Origin: the human T2T-CHM13v2.0 reference genome, Homo sapiens
DNA length: 64,000 nucleotides
Reading direction: 5' to 3' (one strand)
Assembly: GCF_009914755.1 (NCBI RefSeq)
Contig: NC_060947.1
Shown: in pieces, positions 1 through 13,216 of the stretch
Position numbering within the stretch: position 1 is the first letter of the stretch
Layout: every line of letters starts with the position of its first letter
Position numbers and translations under genes: made by a program
Notes under the pieces: model-generated
Database searches by the model: none
What the model was told of the DNA's origin: nothing
The model's input: only the letters and a program-made list of their open reading frames with translations

Positions 1-28
1 TAGATGACATTGCTTGTTTGCTAGTCAT
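1..28 (-). CDS. FANCB: FANCB (Fanconi anemia group B) coding start, truncated by window edge; lies in exon 3 (exon spans 1-98 in window)
   Basis: Reverse complement reads ATG ACT AGC AAA CAA GCA ATG TCA TCT = MTSKQAMSS, the FANCB N-terminus as I recall it. Acceptor TTTCTTTTTTAG ends at 99, leaving 70 nt of UTR before the ATG. Head-to-head with MOSPD2. Confidence 0.92.
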
Positions 29-1239
29 TCCACAATATCAAGTCTTTGTGCTGATCTAATTTTCAAATGCAAATTGATTCCAGTTGATGTTTCTAAACCT
101 AAAAAAGAAATGAGGAAAAACTGCCATGAAGTAGGAAGGGTTGAAAAGAAAACACGTTTCTGTTAGAGAACTACAACATAGGTAACTACACATTTTATTA
201 AGTAAACATTTTAAGCTTTTTATACTATTTTGACAATATCATACTTATAAAAAAAATTCTAAATATTATTTCTGTAGACGCTTTAAAAAAGTTTGCTAAG
301 AATTCAAATAACCATATCAAAAAAGATAACTGAATGTGTCAACAGCATATATTTAAAGCTTTAGATGCTCTATTAAAAGTGACTTCAGATATTTGTTCTG
401 GCTCAGAAAATTGCTTAAGGGTTATACTTCTCTGTTTCAAACCTAACAACTCTAATGTGGTTTCCCACTCTCTGCCTTAGCCCCTTTAGAATGACAATTC
501 AATTAGGGGTTTACTTGTCTTGCAACTCACTCTCCCCAAATACGTTGATTTTCAATTATACTTCTCCCACAGCCCAGGCAATTGGGCTTCTGCTTTCTAG
601 AGACAGGAGCCTATACAGGCTCTAAGACAAAAAAGAAACCCCAGGAATAAAAATAGGAGATGCTGTAACAAGGCTTTAAAAAATCTCCATAGGATTAATA
701 AAAATAAATCTTAGTTTACAAAGGCAATGCATTTGTATGCATTTGTATGACCCAACAAAGTCACTATTCTTATTCAAATTAGAAAAAATAGAGGATTAAC
801 ATAATTTATTACAATGAACACAAGAATTAAATAATATCAATCATTCAAGCTTATTATATGGCAGGTACAATACATGCATTATTTAATTCTAATAACTATT
901 GTCTTAAAATAAGTACCCTTATTATTCTACCTTTTAAGCAAGAAAGCCTTATTTTAAAGAAGATAAGAAAATTTTCCAAGGTTACAACACTAATCCACAG
1001 TTAACAGAAATCAGCAATGGTGCTAGTTTGGAAAAGGGGCCTTCTGACTCTGGAGTCTACACTTTTAACTACCACTCTGCCCTGGCATGCATTCCCTTAT
1101 TCTGAACAAACTCATTGTAAGAAAGGTAACTTGAGAGAATTAGTAAAATAAAGGATAAAAGAATATCCTCAATATTGAACACATGTATAAAAAAAAGTTG
1201 TTGATATCTCTTTATTCAGTCTTCTATGAACTGCATACA

Positions 1240-3425
1240 AGAAATCCTAGCCAAAGCAATTAGGCAAGAGAAAGAAATAAAAGACATCCAAATTGGAAAG
1301 GAGAATGCAAAACTGTCCTTGTTTGCAGATGCCATAATCTTATACTGAGAAAACCCTAAAGACTCCACCAAAAAACTGTTAGAACTAATAAATTCAGTAA
1401 AGTCACAGGATACAAAATCAACATACAAAAATCAGCAGCATTTCTATTTGCTAAAAAGCGAACTATCTGAAAAAGAAATCAAGAAAACAATTCCATTTAC
1501 AAAAGCTACAAAAAAAAATAAGATAACTAGAAATAAAGTTAACCAAAAAGGTCAATGATCTCTACAATGAAAACTATAATATACTGATGAAAAAAATTAA
1601 GATGACACAAACTAATGGAAAGATCCCATGCTCATGGATTGGTAGAATTAATACTGTTAAAATGGCCATACTACCCAAAGCAATCTATAGACTTAGTGCA
1701 ATGTCTAGCAAAATATCAATGACATTCTTCACAGAAATAGAAAAAACAATCCTGAAATTCATATGGGACCACAAAAGACCCCTAATAGCCAAAGCAATAC
1801 TGAGCAAAAAGAATGAACCTAAAAGCATCATACTACCTGACTTCAAAATATACTATAAAGCTACAGTAACTGAAACAGCATGGTACGGACATAAAAACAG
1901 ACACATGGACAAATGGAACACAATGGAGAGGCCATAAATAAATTCATGCACCAACAACCAACTAATTTTTGACAAAGGTGCCAAGAACCACACATTGGGG
2001 AAAGGACAGTCTGTTCAATAAATGGTGGTGCTGGGAAACTGGATATCCATATGCAGAGACCAGACTCCTACCTCTCACCATATAAAAAATCAACTCAAAA
2101 TGGATTAAAGGCTTAAATGTAAACCTGAAATTATTACACTACCAGAACAAAACATAGGGGAAACATTTTATGACATTGGGCTGGGCAAGGATTTTTTTAA
2201 ATAAGATCTCAAAAGCACAGTCAACAAAAGCAAAAAGAGACAAATGAGATTACATCAAATTGAAAAGCTTTTGCCCAGCCAAAAAAAAAAAAAAAGTAAA
2301 GAGACAACCTACAAAATGTAAGAAAACATTTGCAAACTATACATCTGACAGGGGATTAATATCAGAATATATAAAGAACAGCAATATCCCAATATTTTAA
2401 ATGGACAAAATAACTTAACAGACATATCTCAAAAGAAGACACACAAATGGTCAAAAGGTACACACACAAAAAAAATGCTCAATATCACTAATCATCAGGG
2501 AGACACAAATCAAAACCACAATGAGATACCACCTAATTTCAGTTTGAATGGCTATTATTAAAAAGACAAAGGATAACAAAGGTTGGCAAGCACGTGGAGA
2601 AAAAGGAACACTTACACACTGCTGGTAGGAAGGTAAATTAGTATAGCCACTATGGAAAACAGTATGGAAGTTCCTCAAAAAACTAAAAATAGTACTACCA
2701 TATGATCCAGAATCCCACTACTGGGTCTATATCCAAAGGAATGAAATCAATGTCAAAGAGATGTCTGCACCCCCATGTTTATTCAGCACTATTTACAATA
2801 GCCAAAATATGGAATCAACCCAAGTGTCCAACAATGAATCAATGGATTAAAAAATTTGGTGTATATACCAATTTTTGGTGCATAGCGTGGAATACTATTA
2901 ATACAGCCACAAAATTAAATGAAATCCTGTCATTTGTAACAACATGGGTGGACTTGGAAGACATCATGTTAAGTGAAATAAGCCAATCACAAAAAGACAA
3001 ATACCGCATGATCTCACTAATAGCTGGAATCTAAAATTTTTTTTAAAAGAGTTGCTATCATAGAAGCAGAGAGTAGAATACTGGTTATCAGAGACTGGGG
3101 AAAGGAGAGAGGATGGGAGGATGGGGAGGGGTTGCTCAAAGGGTACAAAGCTACAATTAGATAAGAGGAATATGTTCTAGTGTCCTATTGCACAGTAGGG
3201 TAAAGATAGTTAACACTAAAGTGTAATTTATTACTTATTACAAAATAACTAGATGTTTTTGAATGTTCTTACCAGGAAGAAAGGATACATTCATGAGGGA
3301 AGGATACACTAAATACTCTGACTTGACCATTATACAATATATGTATGTATCAAAACATCAAATTGCACTCTCTAGATATATACAATTACAATGTGTCAAT
3401 AAAAACAGGTAAATAAGAAAAAAAG
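1240..3425 (+). mobile_element. Old L1 (L1MA-type) 3' part: degenerate ORF2 plus 3'UTR
   Basis: ORF fragments [33 protein letters not shown] and IAKIWNQPKCP are L1 ORF2; frameshifted; ends in AATAAA and A-rich tail. Confidence 0.92.
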
Positions 3426-3440
3426 AAGTCATTGGCTTAC

Positions 3441-3561
3441 TGGTTTGTTGTTAGGCAATTAACAGAAAGATCTGGGACAATAGGCATCACAAAGTAGTTT
3501 CAGCTTCATCAGTAAAGAAGATAGGGTAGGTAAATCAAAGGTGTGGCTTGTACTTATGAAA
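3441..3561 (-). other. FANCB: FANCB non-coding exon 2 (5'UTR, 121 nt)
   Basis: Minus strand has acceptor ...TTTTCTCTAAACCATAG at 3562 and donor GTAAG at 3440-3436, in unique sequence between exons 1 and 3. Confidence 0.82.
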
Positions 3562-6119
3562 CTATGGTTTAGAGAAAATAAACATATTAGTTATATTCCA
3601 TCAAAATGTATGAATAATAATGTATTTACCAAAGGTCCCATGTCAGGTTTCCTAGATTTCTAGAAAGGAAAAGCATGAAAATTACACATTCTGAGGTAAA
3701 GCTCTAAGAATTCATCATCTTTTACTACCTATTCAAAGTTTTTCAGATTTCTTAATATCAAAAACAAAAATCACCTCTGTATGAATTTTATTATTTTAAT
3801 GTTAAATATCACAACTAATGTTTAATCAGTACAATGCTCTGGTTCACTTACCAATAACTTAAGTGTGATAGGAGTAAGGAAAACCTGATTATAAAATGGT
3901 CAGAATTTATGAAAGTTAGGCTCCTTACATTCTGTTCTTTAAATGTCATCATCAAGTTCCCTAAGTTAGAAACATCTATCTTCCAACTCTCTGTTCCAGT
4001 TGCCACTACTATAGTTCAGGCTGTGATCTCTCAGGCTGAGGTAAAAGCTTCTTAATTAGTCTTCCTTAATCTAATCTATCTTCCCTCCAATATATCAACT
4101 CATTTATGCTATTTAATACATCAGTTAATTGTTCTAAAACACACACTTGATCCTGTCACTGTCCACCCCCTAATCCAAAAGCTTACATGCCCCTTGCCTT
4201 TCTCAATAGACCTGTGATTCTTGAATTACTACCTGGAAAAATAGATGCTAAACACTGTGAATTGAACATATGAATGGTGTAGAGAAAAAAAGCTTGCAAA
4301 TCATTGCTATGAAGCTTAGCATGGCATTCAAAACTCTGTTGTATAATCCTAATTCGACCTGCTTTCAATACGATCTCCAGGCAGAAAGCAAACTTATTCT
4401 CATGAACTTAAACTGATCTAAAAACATAAATGACTATTTATGACTATTGAGTGAAAAGTTTTTGCAAGACTTATTGAATTTACATATATGTGCATATCCA
4501 CTATATTTTATACTGATGCAACATGTTTTCAATCTCATTTGTTTTTAATGTTTGCTATTTATTATATCTAAGTAATACTCAATCATTAAAATTTAATTCA
4601 TTGCTAAAATGAATTTTAACTTTTTTCCCAGCTTTATTGAGGTGTAACTGCTAAGACAGTAGATATTAAGTATTGCTGCTGCAACATCTATTTTTAAAGT
4701 TCTTGGGATATGTTCATAAAACCTGCAGGCCATGAAATAACTGGCATTTAAAAAAAATAGAAACATATCTGGAAACAAATCAAACTAAGGTTCAATTTAC
4801 AGGTTCTTAGTCCAATTATAAGCAACCCCTCACTATTTTAAACTCTGCTTATCAGGGCCCCAGGTTTACTATTCTAGCCTATGGGCTATTTGACTTTTTA
4901 CTTATTAACATTATAACAGTGGCTGCAGAAGATACAGAAGTAACTAGGGGTGGCGGTGCGGGGCAGGGTGGCGGTGCGGGGCGGGGCGTGGAGACCAGAA
5001 AGTAGATTATTTATAAAATACTACATAATTAATTTGAGCTTTTCCTGTTCTATATTACCATACATCAAAGTTGACTATCTATTTTATACATAAAATTAAA
5101 ACAGATGTGTGTGTATACTAGAAAAATGATAATATATACAAGCATATGCTAACATAAAAATAGTAGGCTGGCAATAAAATTATCATCCTCATCTACTCTT
5201 TACTGCCCCCCCTCTTAATAAATATGTTGTTCATTCTTTTTAAATGCTCATAAATCATTTTGGCCCTATAAATGTGACAATTCTTTAAATAAACTATCAG
5301 TGTGGTTCCAGATTATCCTAGAAGAGCAGATGACATCCAAAAAGTCTAAGAAACCATATTAACTGTGACCAAGAGAAAGTATCCTTGGGAAAAAAGTAAA
5401 ATTAAGACACTCAACTAAAATGGCACCTAATAATACTGAACATAATTTTATGAAGATAATAATGATAGATGTTGTTTTTCCAAGACATATGACATTGTTA
5501 ACCAAAGTAAATTAACTTTCCTACAAAATAGGGCCACTGTTAAAAGTTTTTTTCTCCCTACATAAGTTATTTATTGGGTCCTATACAGAATTGATCTCAC
5601 CTTTTTCAACATTATCTAATATGCCTGAAATGTGAGTAAATGCGGGAGAATCGTGATCAACTAAATTAGAGGATTTGGGAAGATTACGCTAAAGAAGATT
5701 TTTATGTCATATTAAGGACTTATAAATTTCTCATATAAGTAATGATAACCCACTGAAAGACTTCAAAAACAGAAATCACAGGACTGTACTTTTGAGTTAT
5801 GAAGATCCTGGTGACAGTGTTAAAGGTGTGAGTGAGATCAGACTGGAAAAAGAGCTAACAATTAGAAGAAAATTATGAGTACTTAAATAAAAGGGAGAGA
5901 TGACTCTGAAGGTAATTTGGCAGTCAACTGAAATGCATATACCCAGTAGTTTCATTTGTAGATATAAACCCAGAGACATAATCCCACATATGAATGAATA
6001 CATTGCTCTAGAAGCTCACTGTGCTGATATTTGCAATATAAAAAAAGTAAAAACCTCAATGAACACCAATAGGGGAATGAGTATAGATGGACTATCAAAC
6101 AAGAGTTAAAAGGAATGAA

Positions 6120-6172
6120 TTAGATCTATCTATCTATATATGTGTGTGTGTGTGTGTATATATATATATAAT
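6120..6172. repeat. (TCTA)/(TG)/(TA) compound microsatellite
   Basis: Directly visible. Confidence 0.9.
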
Positions 6173-6359
6173 CATGGTTAAATTTCAAAAATAAAATGAA
6201 TTAAAAATTAAGTTGCAGACAAATGTACACTGCAGCATATTATTTATGTAAAACAAATAAAACAGCATTATATATGTTCTATTTACCTACAATGACTACA
6301 GTCCCTGAGTGCTTTCTCAAGAAATAGTGCCATGTACTATTTTTTTTTTTTTTTCCTGA

Positions 6360-6545
6360 AGAAACAGTGCCAGGTACTGCTCTAAGCACTTTGGATTAAC
6401 TCGTTTCTTCCTCACAACATCCTTATGACATAGGCACTGTTACTATCCCATTTTATAGATGGAGAAACTGAGGCAAGGAGTTTCAGGATCTTCTCAAAGG
6501 CTTGCAGATAAGAAGTGACAGAGCCAGGATTCAAACCCAGGCAGT
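6360..6545 (-). mobile_element. MIR
   Basis: MIR core cccattttatagatggagaaactgaggc...ggattcaaacccaggcagt. Confidence 0.85.
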
Positions 6546-6954
6546 ATGATCCAAAATAAAAAAATGTAAAACTGTAAACATTTCATGCCAAATTCTGAAT
6601 GCTGTTGATTCTGGACAAGGAAGTGTCCAGGATAGGTGAGTAGAGGTAGAAGGAGACTTTAGTTATATCTGAAATATCTTTTAAGGATGTAGTCAAACAA
6701 CGTTTAAACAATGTGTTCATTTTTTCCCATAAAAAATGTAAATATATTTAAAAGTCTAGGACAAAAGATGCTAACATGCCATTCTGTCATGGATGACTAC
6801 GGTTGATGGAAATATGGGGGACTATTCTTACAACTTGTTTGTAGTTTTCAGTATCTTTCAACTTTAAAAAAGGCAATATTGTATGCGCAACTATTTTCTT
6901 TCAATTGTTTTTAACTGACGAATAAAATTTGTTCCAGTCCCTTTAAATCTAAAT

Positions 6955-7195
6955 CTTTCTCAACCTTGACACTATTGACATTTTGGGCTGGATAACTGTT
7001 GTGAATTTTCATGTACACTGGAGGATGTTTGGCAGCTTCCGTGGTCTCTATCCACTAGTAGCCAGTGAGCATCTCTTTTGCCCCCGGCCCCTAGCAGTGG
7101 TGACTAAAAATGTCTCCAGAGGTTGCCAAAGGTCCCCTGGGTGGTAAAACCGCCCCCCCCCACACACACCCCCCCACCCCCCCGGCTGAACACAA
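6955..7195 (-). mobile_element. MER20 (hAT-Charlie)
   Basis: ttctcaaccttgacactattgacattttgggctggataa...aaaaatgtctccaga...ttgccaaa matches the MER20 reverse complement. Confidence 0.85.
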
Positions 7196-7503
7196 CTACC
7201 TTAATAAGCCGAAACACGCTTTTTTTAACTTTATATAATTATTTGAGATTAAAGATTTCAGAGATATTTTGCTCATTAAGCATCTCACACTCCAAGTTGG
7301 AAGGATACTGAAGGGATGAAAAAAACTTCAAGCGAATGTAGCACTTAAAATCCAATTATCATTGCAAGGAATGACAGACCCAGGTCTCGGGATGCCCGCT
7401 TCCTTCCCTCTCTCCCGCAATGCGGGGACAAGGGGAGGAAATCCAGCCCCATCGCCCCCTCTGCGAAGTCCTGGGAAGGGAAGACTCGCCAGCCCCATCC
7501 TAC

Positions 7504-7600
7504 CTCAACGCAGCGGCAACATACCGGAGGCCCCACGTCGATACGGTATCCATCTGCTCCAAACCTCCCGCCAGCGCGCTGCATCCTGGGAGGCCGGGCG
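7504..7600 (-). other. FANCB: FANCB non-coding exon 1 (5' end approximate)
   Basis: Minus-strand donor GAG|GTAGGA at 7503 inside the CpG island, divergent from MOSPD2 exon 1. Confidence 0.78.
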
Positions 7601-8046
7601 GAGGCTGCGTCGAACGCAGAGGAGGCGGAGCCTAGAAGCCAGCCAGGAGAGGTTGCCAAGGGAGGCTGAGGAGGCGGGGCCCTGGGGAGTGTTGTGAAAG
7701 CAGAGAGCCCGCGAGCTCTCTAGGGCGGAGCTCCGCGGGGGAAGCGCCGGCGATCTCGCGGCTGGCGGGGGCGGGACCGCAGTGCGGGGGATGTCGCGGG
7801 GCGAGGCCAGACGAGAATCGAATGGGACCTAGGCTGAGGGCCTGGTCCCGCCTCCAGACCCAGGCGTCCGCATTGGATTGGGCGGTGCGGCGGCGCTTCT
7901 GTCCGCCTTCCGGTGTCACGCGACCGCCTCCCCCTCCCACCCTTCTCTGTCTACCTCTGGGCGGGACTGCCGGGTGATGAGATACTCGGTCGGCGACGGT
8001 AGAACGGGCGACGGCGACAACCGCAATCACATCCACGACGGTGATC

Positions 8047-8055
8047 ATGGCAGAG
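8047..8055 (+). CDS. MOSPD2: MOSPD2 exon 1 coding part (MAE)
   Basis: atcATGG strong Kozak, then GAG|GTGAG donor; joins exon 2 in frame. Confidence 0.92.
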
Positions 8056-8206
8056 GTGAGGAGCCTATTGCACCGCCGCTGGCCCCCCGGACCCGGAAGC
8101 CGCCTCTGAGGCCCGGGGACCGAGCGCCCGTGTGCAGGTGGGCTGGGTTGAGGGTAAGCGGGTTGATGCAAGTAGTATCTAAGGTCCCATCGTGTCTCCC
8201 ATCCAG

Positions 8207-8276
8207 AATCACGCCCAGAATAAAGCCAAGCTCATCTCTGAGACCCGGAGGAGGTTCGAAGCTGAGTATGTGACAG
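8207..8276 (+). CDS. MOSPD2: MOSPD2 exon 2 (NHAQNKAKLISETRRRFEAEYVT)
   Basis: ctcccatccag| acceptor, ACAG|GTGGGT donor, 70 nt, frame-consistent. Confidence 0.93.
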
Positions 8277-9619
8277 GTGGGTACTCTGTTCCAGGTATTA
8301 AGAAAGGTGTGCAGTGAGCATCCCCAACTTTGCTGGAGTGTTTGTGAGTGTATTTGTGGGAGGTGTTAGGGACCCTTTCGACCCTCACAGGAATGATGCT
8401 GGGCACGTCTCAAAGGTTTTCCTCTCCATGACAAGCCGTGTGCACTGCTTCAAATGGTCAAGTGGTGTGTCCCATGCTCCCTTTAAAGGGTTAATGTAAG
8501 TTGGAAATCGGTTAAGTTTTTAGCATGCCCTCGTGTTTATGGAACTTGCAGGATACTTGTTAGGCCCACAACACGGGTGACATTGTCCAGTCCACGGTTC
8601 CACTGCTGGCCTTTCACCAGCAACACTAGCGAAAATGTACCTGGAAACTGCCATAATACTATTGATGTGTACTTAATTGGGTATACAAATTCCTTGGATA
8701 TTTTGTTTGATTTGGCTTTCATACAACCCAGCATGCTACCCACAAAATAGGCCCTCCAATGCTGGAACAAGTTCTTATCCCAAACTGTATCTTGCAAAGT
8801 ACCTATGAGTCCAGAATTGATTTATTGGTTGAACATTCTGTGTCCAGATGTCACAGATACTTGAGTTGTCAGGTACTTAACTGAATATTTAATGCTTGTA
8901 CAGTAATTTTGTAAAACATACGGAATAACTTATTGTAAATATGGAATTAAATAAGGATTTATATGTTGCCTACCTTAAGATTGATTGTAATCCTAACCCT
9001 GCCACTACATAGCTTACTTGTCTATTCTGAGCCCGTTTTCATATCTGTGAAGTGCAAATAATAAAGTTAGTAGGATTAAATTTTTTAAAAAAACATAAAC
9101 CATCTAGCATGTCTTAAAATATAGTGGATTCTCAGTGAATATTTTGCCTCAGTTGTCATTTTGGTTACTGTGAAAGGAGTTAAGCTTCTACATCTTGACT
9201 AGTACTCAGCAGAGGTTCCCTGCAACTTTAAACCATCCTAGATTATACATCAGTTGATGACATAGAACAAATATGGAAATCGGTTTCAAATACTTGTCAG
9301 TAAATCTTTTCATACCTCCTTGCCAATTTTCTTCACACCCCAAACTTTGTTCCAGAGAGTTGCAAAAGCACTTGATTCACTTTTCACCCAGAGTTCCCAT
9401 TTCTAATAATATAGCTGGTTCCAATAAAGAGATCCTTCTTCAATTGCTTTCTACAGAAATGTAACTATTATAGCTGTTAATACATGGTTTATAATATTTT
9501 AAGAAGTAACTCAGAATTCGACCTAATGAGCTAGTAACACCCCAATAGTCATTTATTTATGCCCAAGGGAGGAAGCAGAATACAGGCAGAAATTAGGCAA
9601 TAAACAAGATCTTAAAGGT

Positions 9620-10550
9620 CATCTTGGGGCAACCTCCTCATTTTTAAAATGAAGAAAGTGAGGTCTAGAGAGATTAAGAGATTTGCTCAAAATCCCTGAT
9701 GTTATTGGCTAGGCCAGGACTAGTGCTCATGTCTTCTGATTTTCACTACAGTAATCTTTTGGCAATACCATGATGTCAAGTTAGATCATGTCACTCTCCA
9801 GCTTGAAACCCTTCAGTGCCTTTCCAACTGCGTTTAGAATAAAATCCCAATTCTTTATGGTGGCCTGTAATTCAAGGCCATGTGTGATCTGGCTCTTGCC
9901 AGCCCCCACCCGCCATCCTCATCTGTTACTACTCTGCTTGCTTAGTGCAGATTTGACCACCGTTCAAAGTAAGATACGTGTTATATGTTGCAACCCAGGA
10001 CAAACGTGCACACTCACATAACTGAAGCAAAATTTCATTAAAGAATACTTCTGAAAACATGTGACTCTCGATGTATTTTTTTCTATTTGACTTCCTTTTA
10101 AAAAATGAAATTACCCACAAACTTAACATCACAATTTAAAATGTGACCCCCAGTTGAAAAACCACGACTAGCCACACTGCCTTGTGTTCCTCAAACAGAA
10201 TGGGGCTGTTTCAATTTCGGACTTTTCCACTTCTCTTTGCCTGGGAAGATTTTACCCAGGTATTGCGCATGGCTTGGTCCTTTTTTCTCTTCAGTGTTTA
10301 AATGTATCCGAGAGGCCTTCACTGATTATTAAATGTCTCCGTCTTGTTTATTTTCTCTGCTTTACAGCCCTTATCGTAATCTGTAATTATCTTGTTCATT
10401 GGTTTGTGTGTTTTTCATTTCCTCCAGTAGAGTGTACATGGGTTCCGTAGCAGCCTATAGACATTGAGAGTAGAGGCCTTGTGTGTCTTACTCACCTTTG
10501 TATGCCCAGCACAGTTCTCAATATATACTTACTGAATGAATATAGCAATA
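9620..10550. mobile_element. MIR and L2 fragments
   Basis: MIR core near 9640-9740; L2-like atcatgtcactctcc...aataaaatcc and tttgtatgcccagcacag...gaatgaat. Confidence 0.6.
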
Positions 10551-11683
10551 CTTAAATATATACATAAGAAGATTGGTCCAATTTTAAAGATTTGCATGGA
10601 AAAAGAAAATAGAAGCCTTTGAAGACCTTCTTACCTTAAGGTTTCAGTTGTTTCCTGGAATATGACAACAAATAAAGGTAGAATTGGAAAGTGATAATAA
10701 AAGGGGTGTTTTGTTTGTTTAATTTGCCTGTGTTTTCCCCTTAGAATTTGCTTTTAGAAATTAACTCAGGTGTTTAGAACATCCACTTTCCTTCTTTTTC
10801 TTTCACCCTTTCTATTGTCATTAACAATATTTTGTTTCAGAAGAGGCTGAAGGCAGACTTAAGCAAAGTTGATGTTTTTCCTAAAGGAAAATATTTATTT
10901 TCTGCAAGTGTGTCACTTCAAGCACAAACTGTATTCCAGAAATGCTTTTGGAGTTAGGTTCTTAGGAATCCCAAGCACATTTTTGTGTCCATAGAAACTA
11001 AGTTACCATTATGTATAGATTTTTAGCTGGCAAAAAGAATGAAGTATTAGCCCCTAATTATGGTATTTTTTTCCTTATTGTTTCTGAGAAATTCCATGCT
11101 GAATCTCAAATAAGAAACGTTTCCCATTCTTTCTTCCTCTTTCTCATGCCCAAGGAAAGAGACTAATCTCTTGTGACAATAATTTATTAAGTTCCTTGAG
11201 TACTCTTTATATGCCTAATTCTGGGAAGCAGTGTATCAGTATTAGAGAAAGAGCGGAGGAAGGGTAGAGCCCCTTCTGAAACTACTACAACCTAGTAGAG
11301 GCATTAAAACAGAGATAGCTATTAAAATTAAGGCAAATTGTATTAAGGGTAATGGTGCTGAAATATTTTCTGTAAAAGTCAAAGAGAGAAATAACATCTG
11401 GCTGGGGTGACTAGTTTAGCACAGAGTTAGAAAAAAATTCATTAAAAAGGTGGTGTTTCTCATGAACTTTGGAAGATGGTAGAACTCAGCCAGGTAGAGA
11501 AGGTGATCCAGGCAGATTGAATAGTCTGAACTGAGGCACTGAGGTCAAAAGGTATGGGGCATGTTCCAAAGTAATAGGAAGTCTACTTTGATAACCTTAA
11601 GGAGGGTAAGCACACATGGCTAAATACAGTGGGAATATAGTGTAGAGAGCCTTGGGCACCAGAGTCATGTGTTTGTACTTTAG

Positions 11684-12158
<475 letters not shown>

Positions 12159-12208
12159 TACAGTCTTTTTTCTATACACTTAAGAAAACAAAGTTAGAAG
12201 ACTATTCT

Positions 12209-12530
<322 letters not shown>

Positions 12531-13124
12531 TTATAAAATACATTTTTATTGACATGATTTTATTTCTCCGTATTTATGAAGTAAGCAACATTGTATATTG
12601 CCATTTAATATTTGGTTCTATAAATAAAAGATAGTTTTCTTATCTTTTGTCTTAGATAGTCCCTTTGTGGACATTTAGATTCTTTCCAGTTTCATTTAAT
12701 ACAGTTTTTTGTGCAGTAGTTGAGATTATTTCCTTAAGATTCATGTTCAGAAACTGAATTATTGGTTTTAAGAGTGTTTATATTGTTCAGGCCTTTGCTC
12801 ATATGTGCTAAACTTCCTCCATGGAAGTTGCACCAATATTCATTCCTGCCGGCTTGTAGGAGAGTGTTAGTCTTACCACACCCTTACTCATATTTAGCGT
12901 TGTTATTTCTTAACTGATGGTTGTTTTAGTTTGCTTTTGATTGCTAATAAGGGTAAATTATTTTCATGCATTTACATCCATTTGTAGTTTAAACATTTTT
13001 TTATTAGTATGACTTTTAATATTGGTCTGGGCTTTTCTTGTTTATGTCACTTTCACTTTTTTCAGTTTTTGAATATATTCAAAATTACCCATTCCTTTGT
13101 GGTTTCTTCTATGGCTATTAAGTT

Positions 13125-13170
13125 AATAGGTTGGTGCGAAAGTAATTGTGGTTTTTGCCATTAAAAGTGA
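13125..13170. mobile_element. MADE1 (mariner MITE) partial
   Basis: taggttggtgcgaaagtaattgtggtttttgccatta is the Hsmar1-type terminal repeat. Confidence 0.8.
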
Positions 13171-13216
13171 CTTTCTAGTCTTTTAATTTTTGTTTTGTTT
13201 TGGTTTACTATTTTTT

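Larger units (their letters stand above)
7380..8280. promoter_or_regulatory. CpG island / bidirectional promoter shared by FANCB and MOSPD2
   Basis: Sharp GC/CpG-rich block in AT-rich surroundings with several GC boxes, tandem inverted CCAAT (ATTGG 7872-7876, 7877-7881), ETS/GABP CTTCCGG 7907-7913 and near-palindrome GTCACGCGAC 7915-7924. No TATA box; first exons on both strands. Confidence 0.9.

Noticed and set aside
1587-3034. ORFs resembling reverse-transcriptase-associated protein
   Set aside because: Fragments of a dead L1 ORF2 with frameshifts and stops.
7345-8273. Long ORFs on both strands (104-179 aa) in the CpG island
   Set aside because: Expected from stop-codon scarcity in GC-rich DNA; low-complexity R/P/G/A content, and they cross known splice sites. 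Only the ATG at 7977 is kept, as a uORF.
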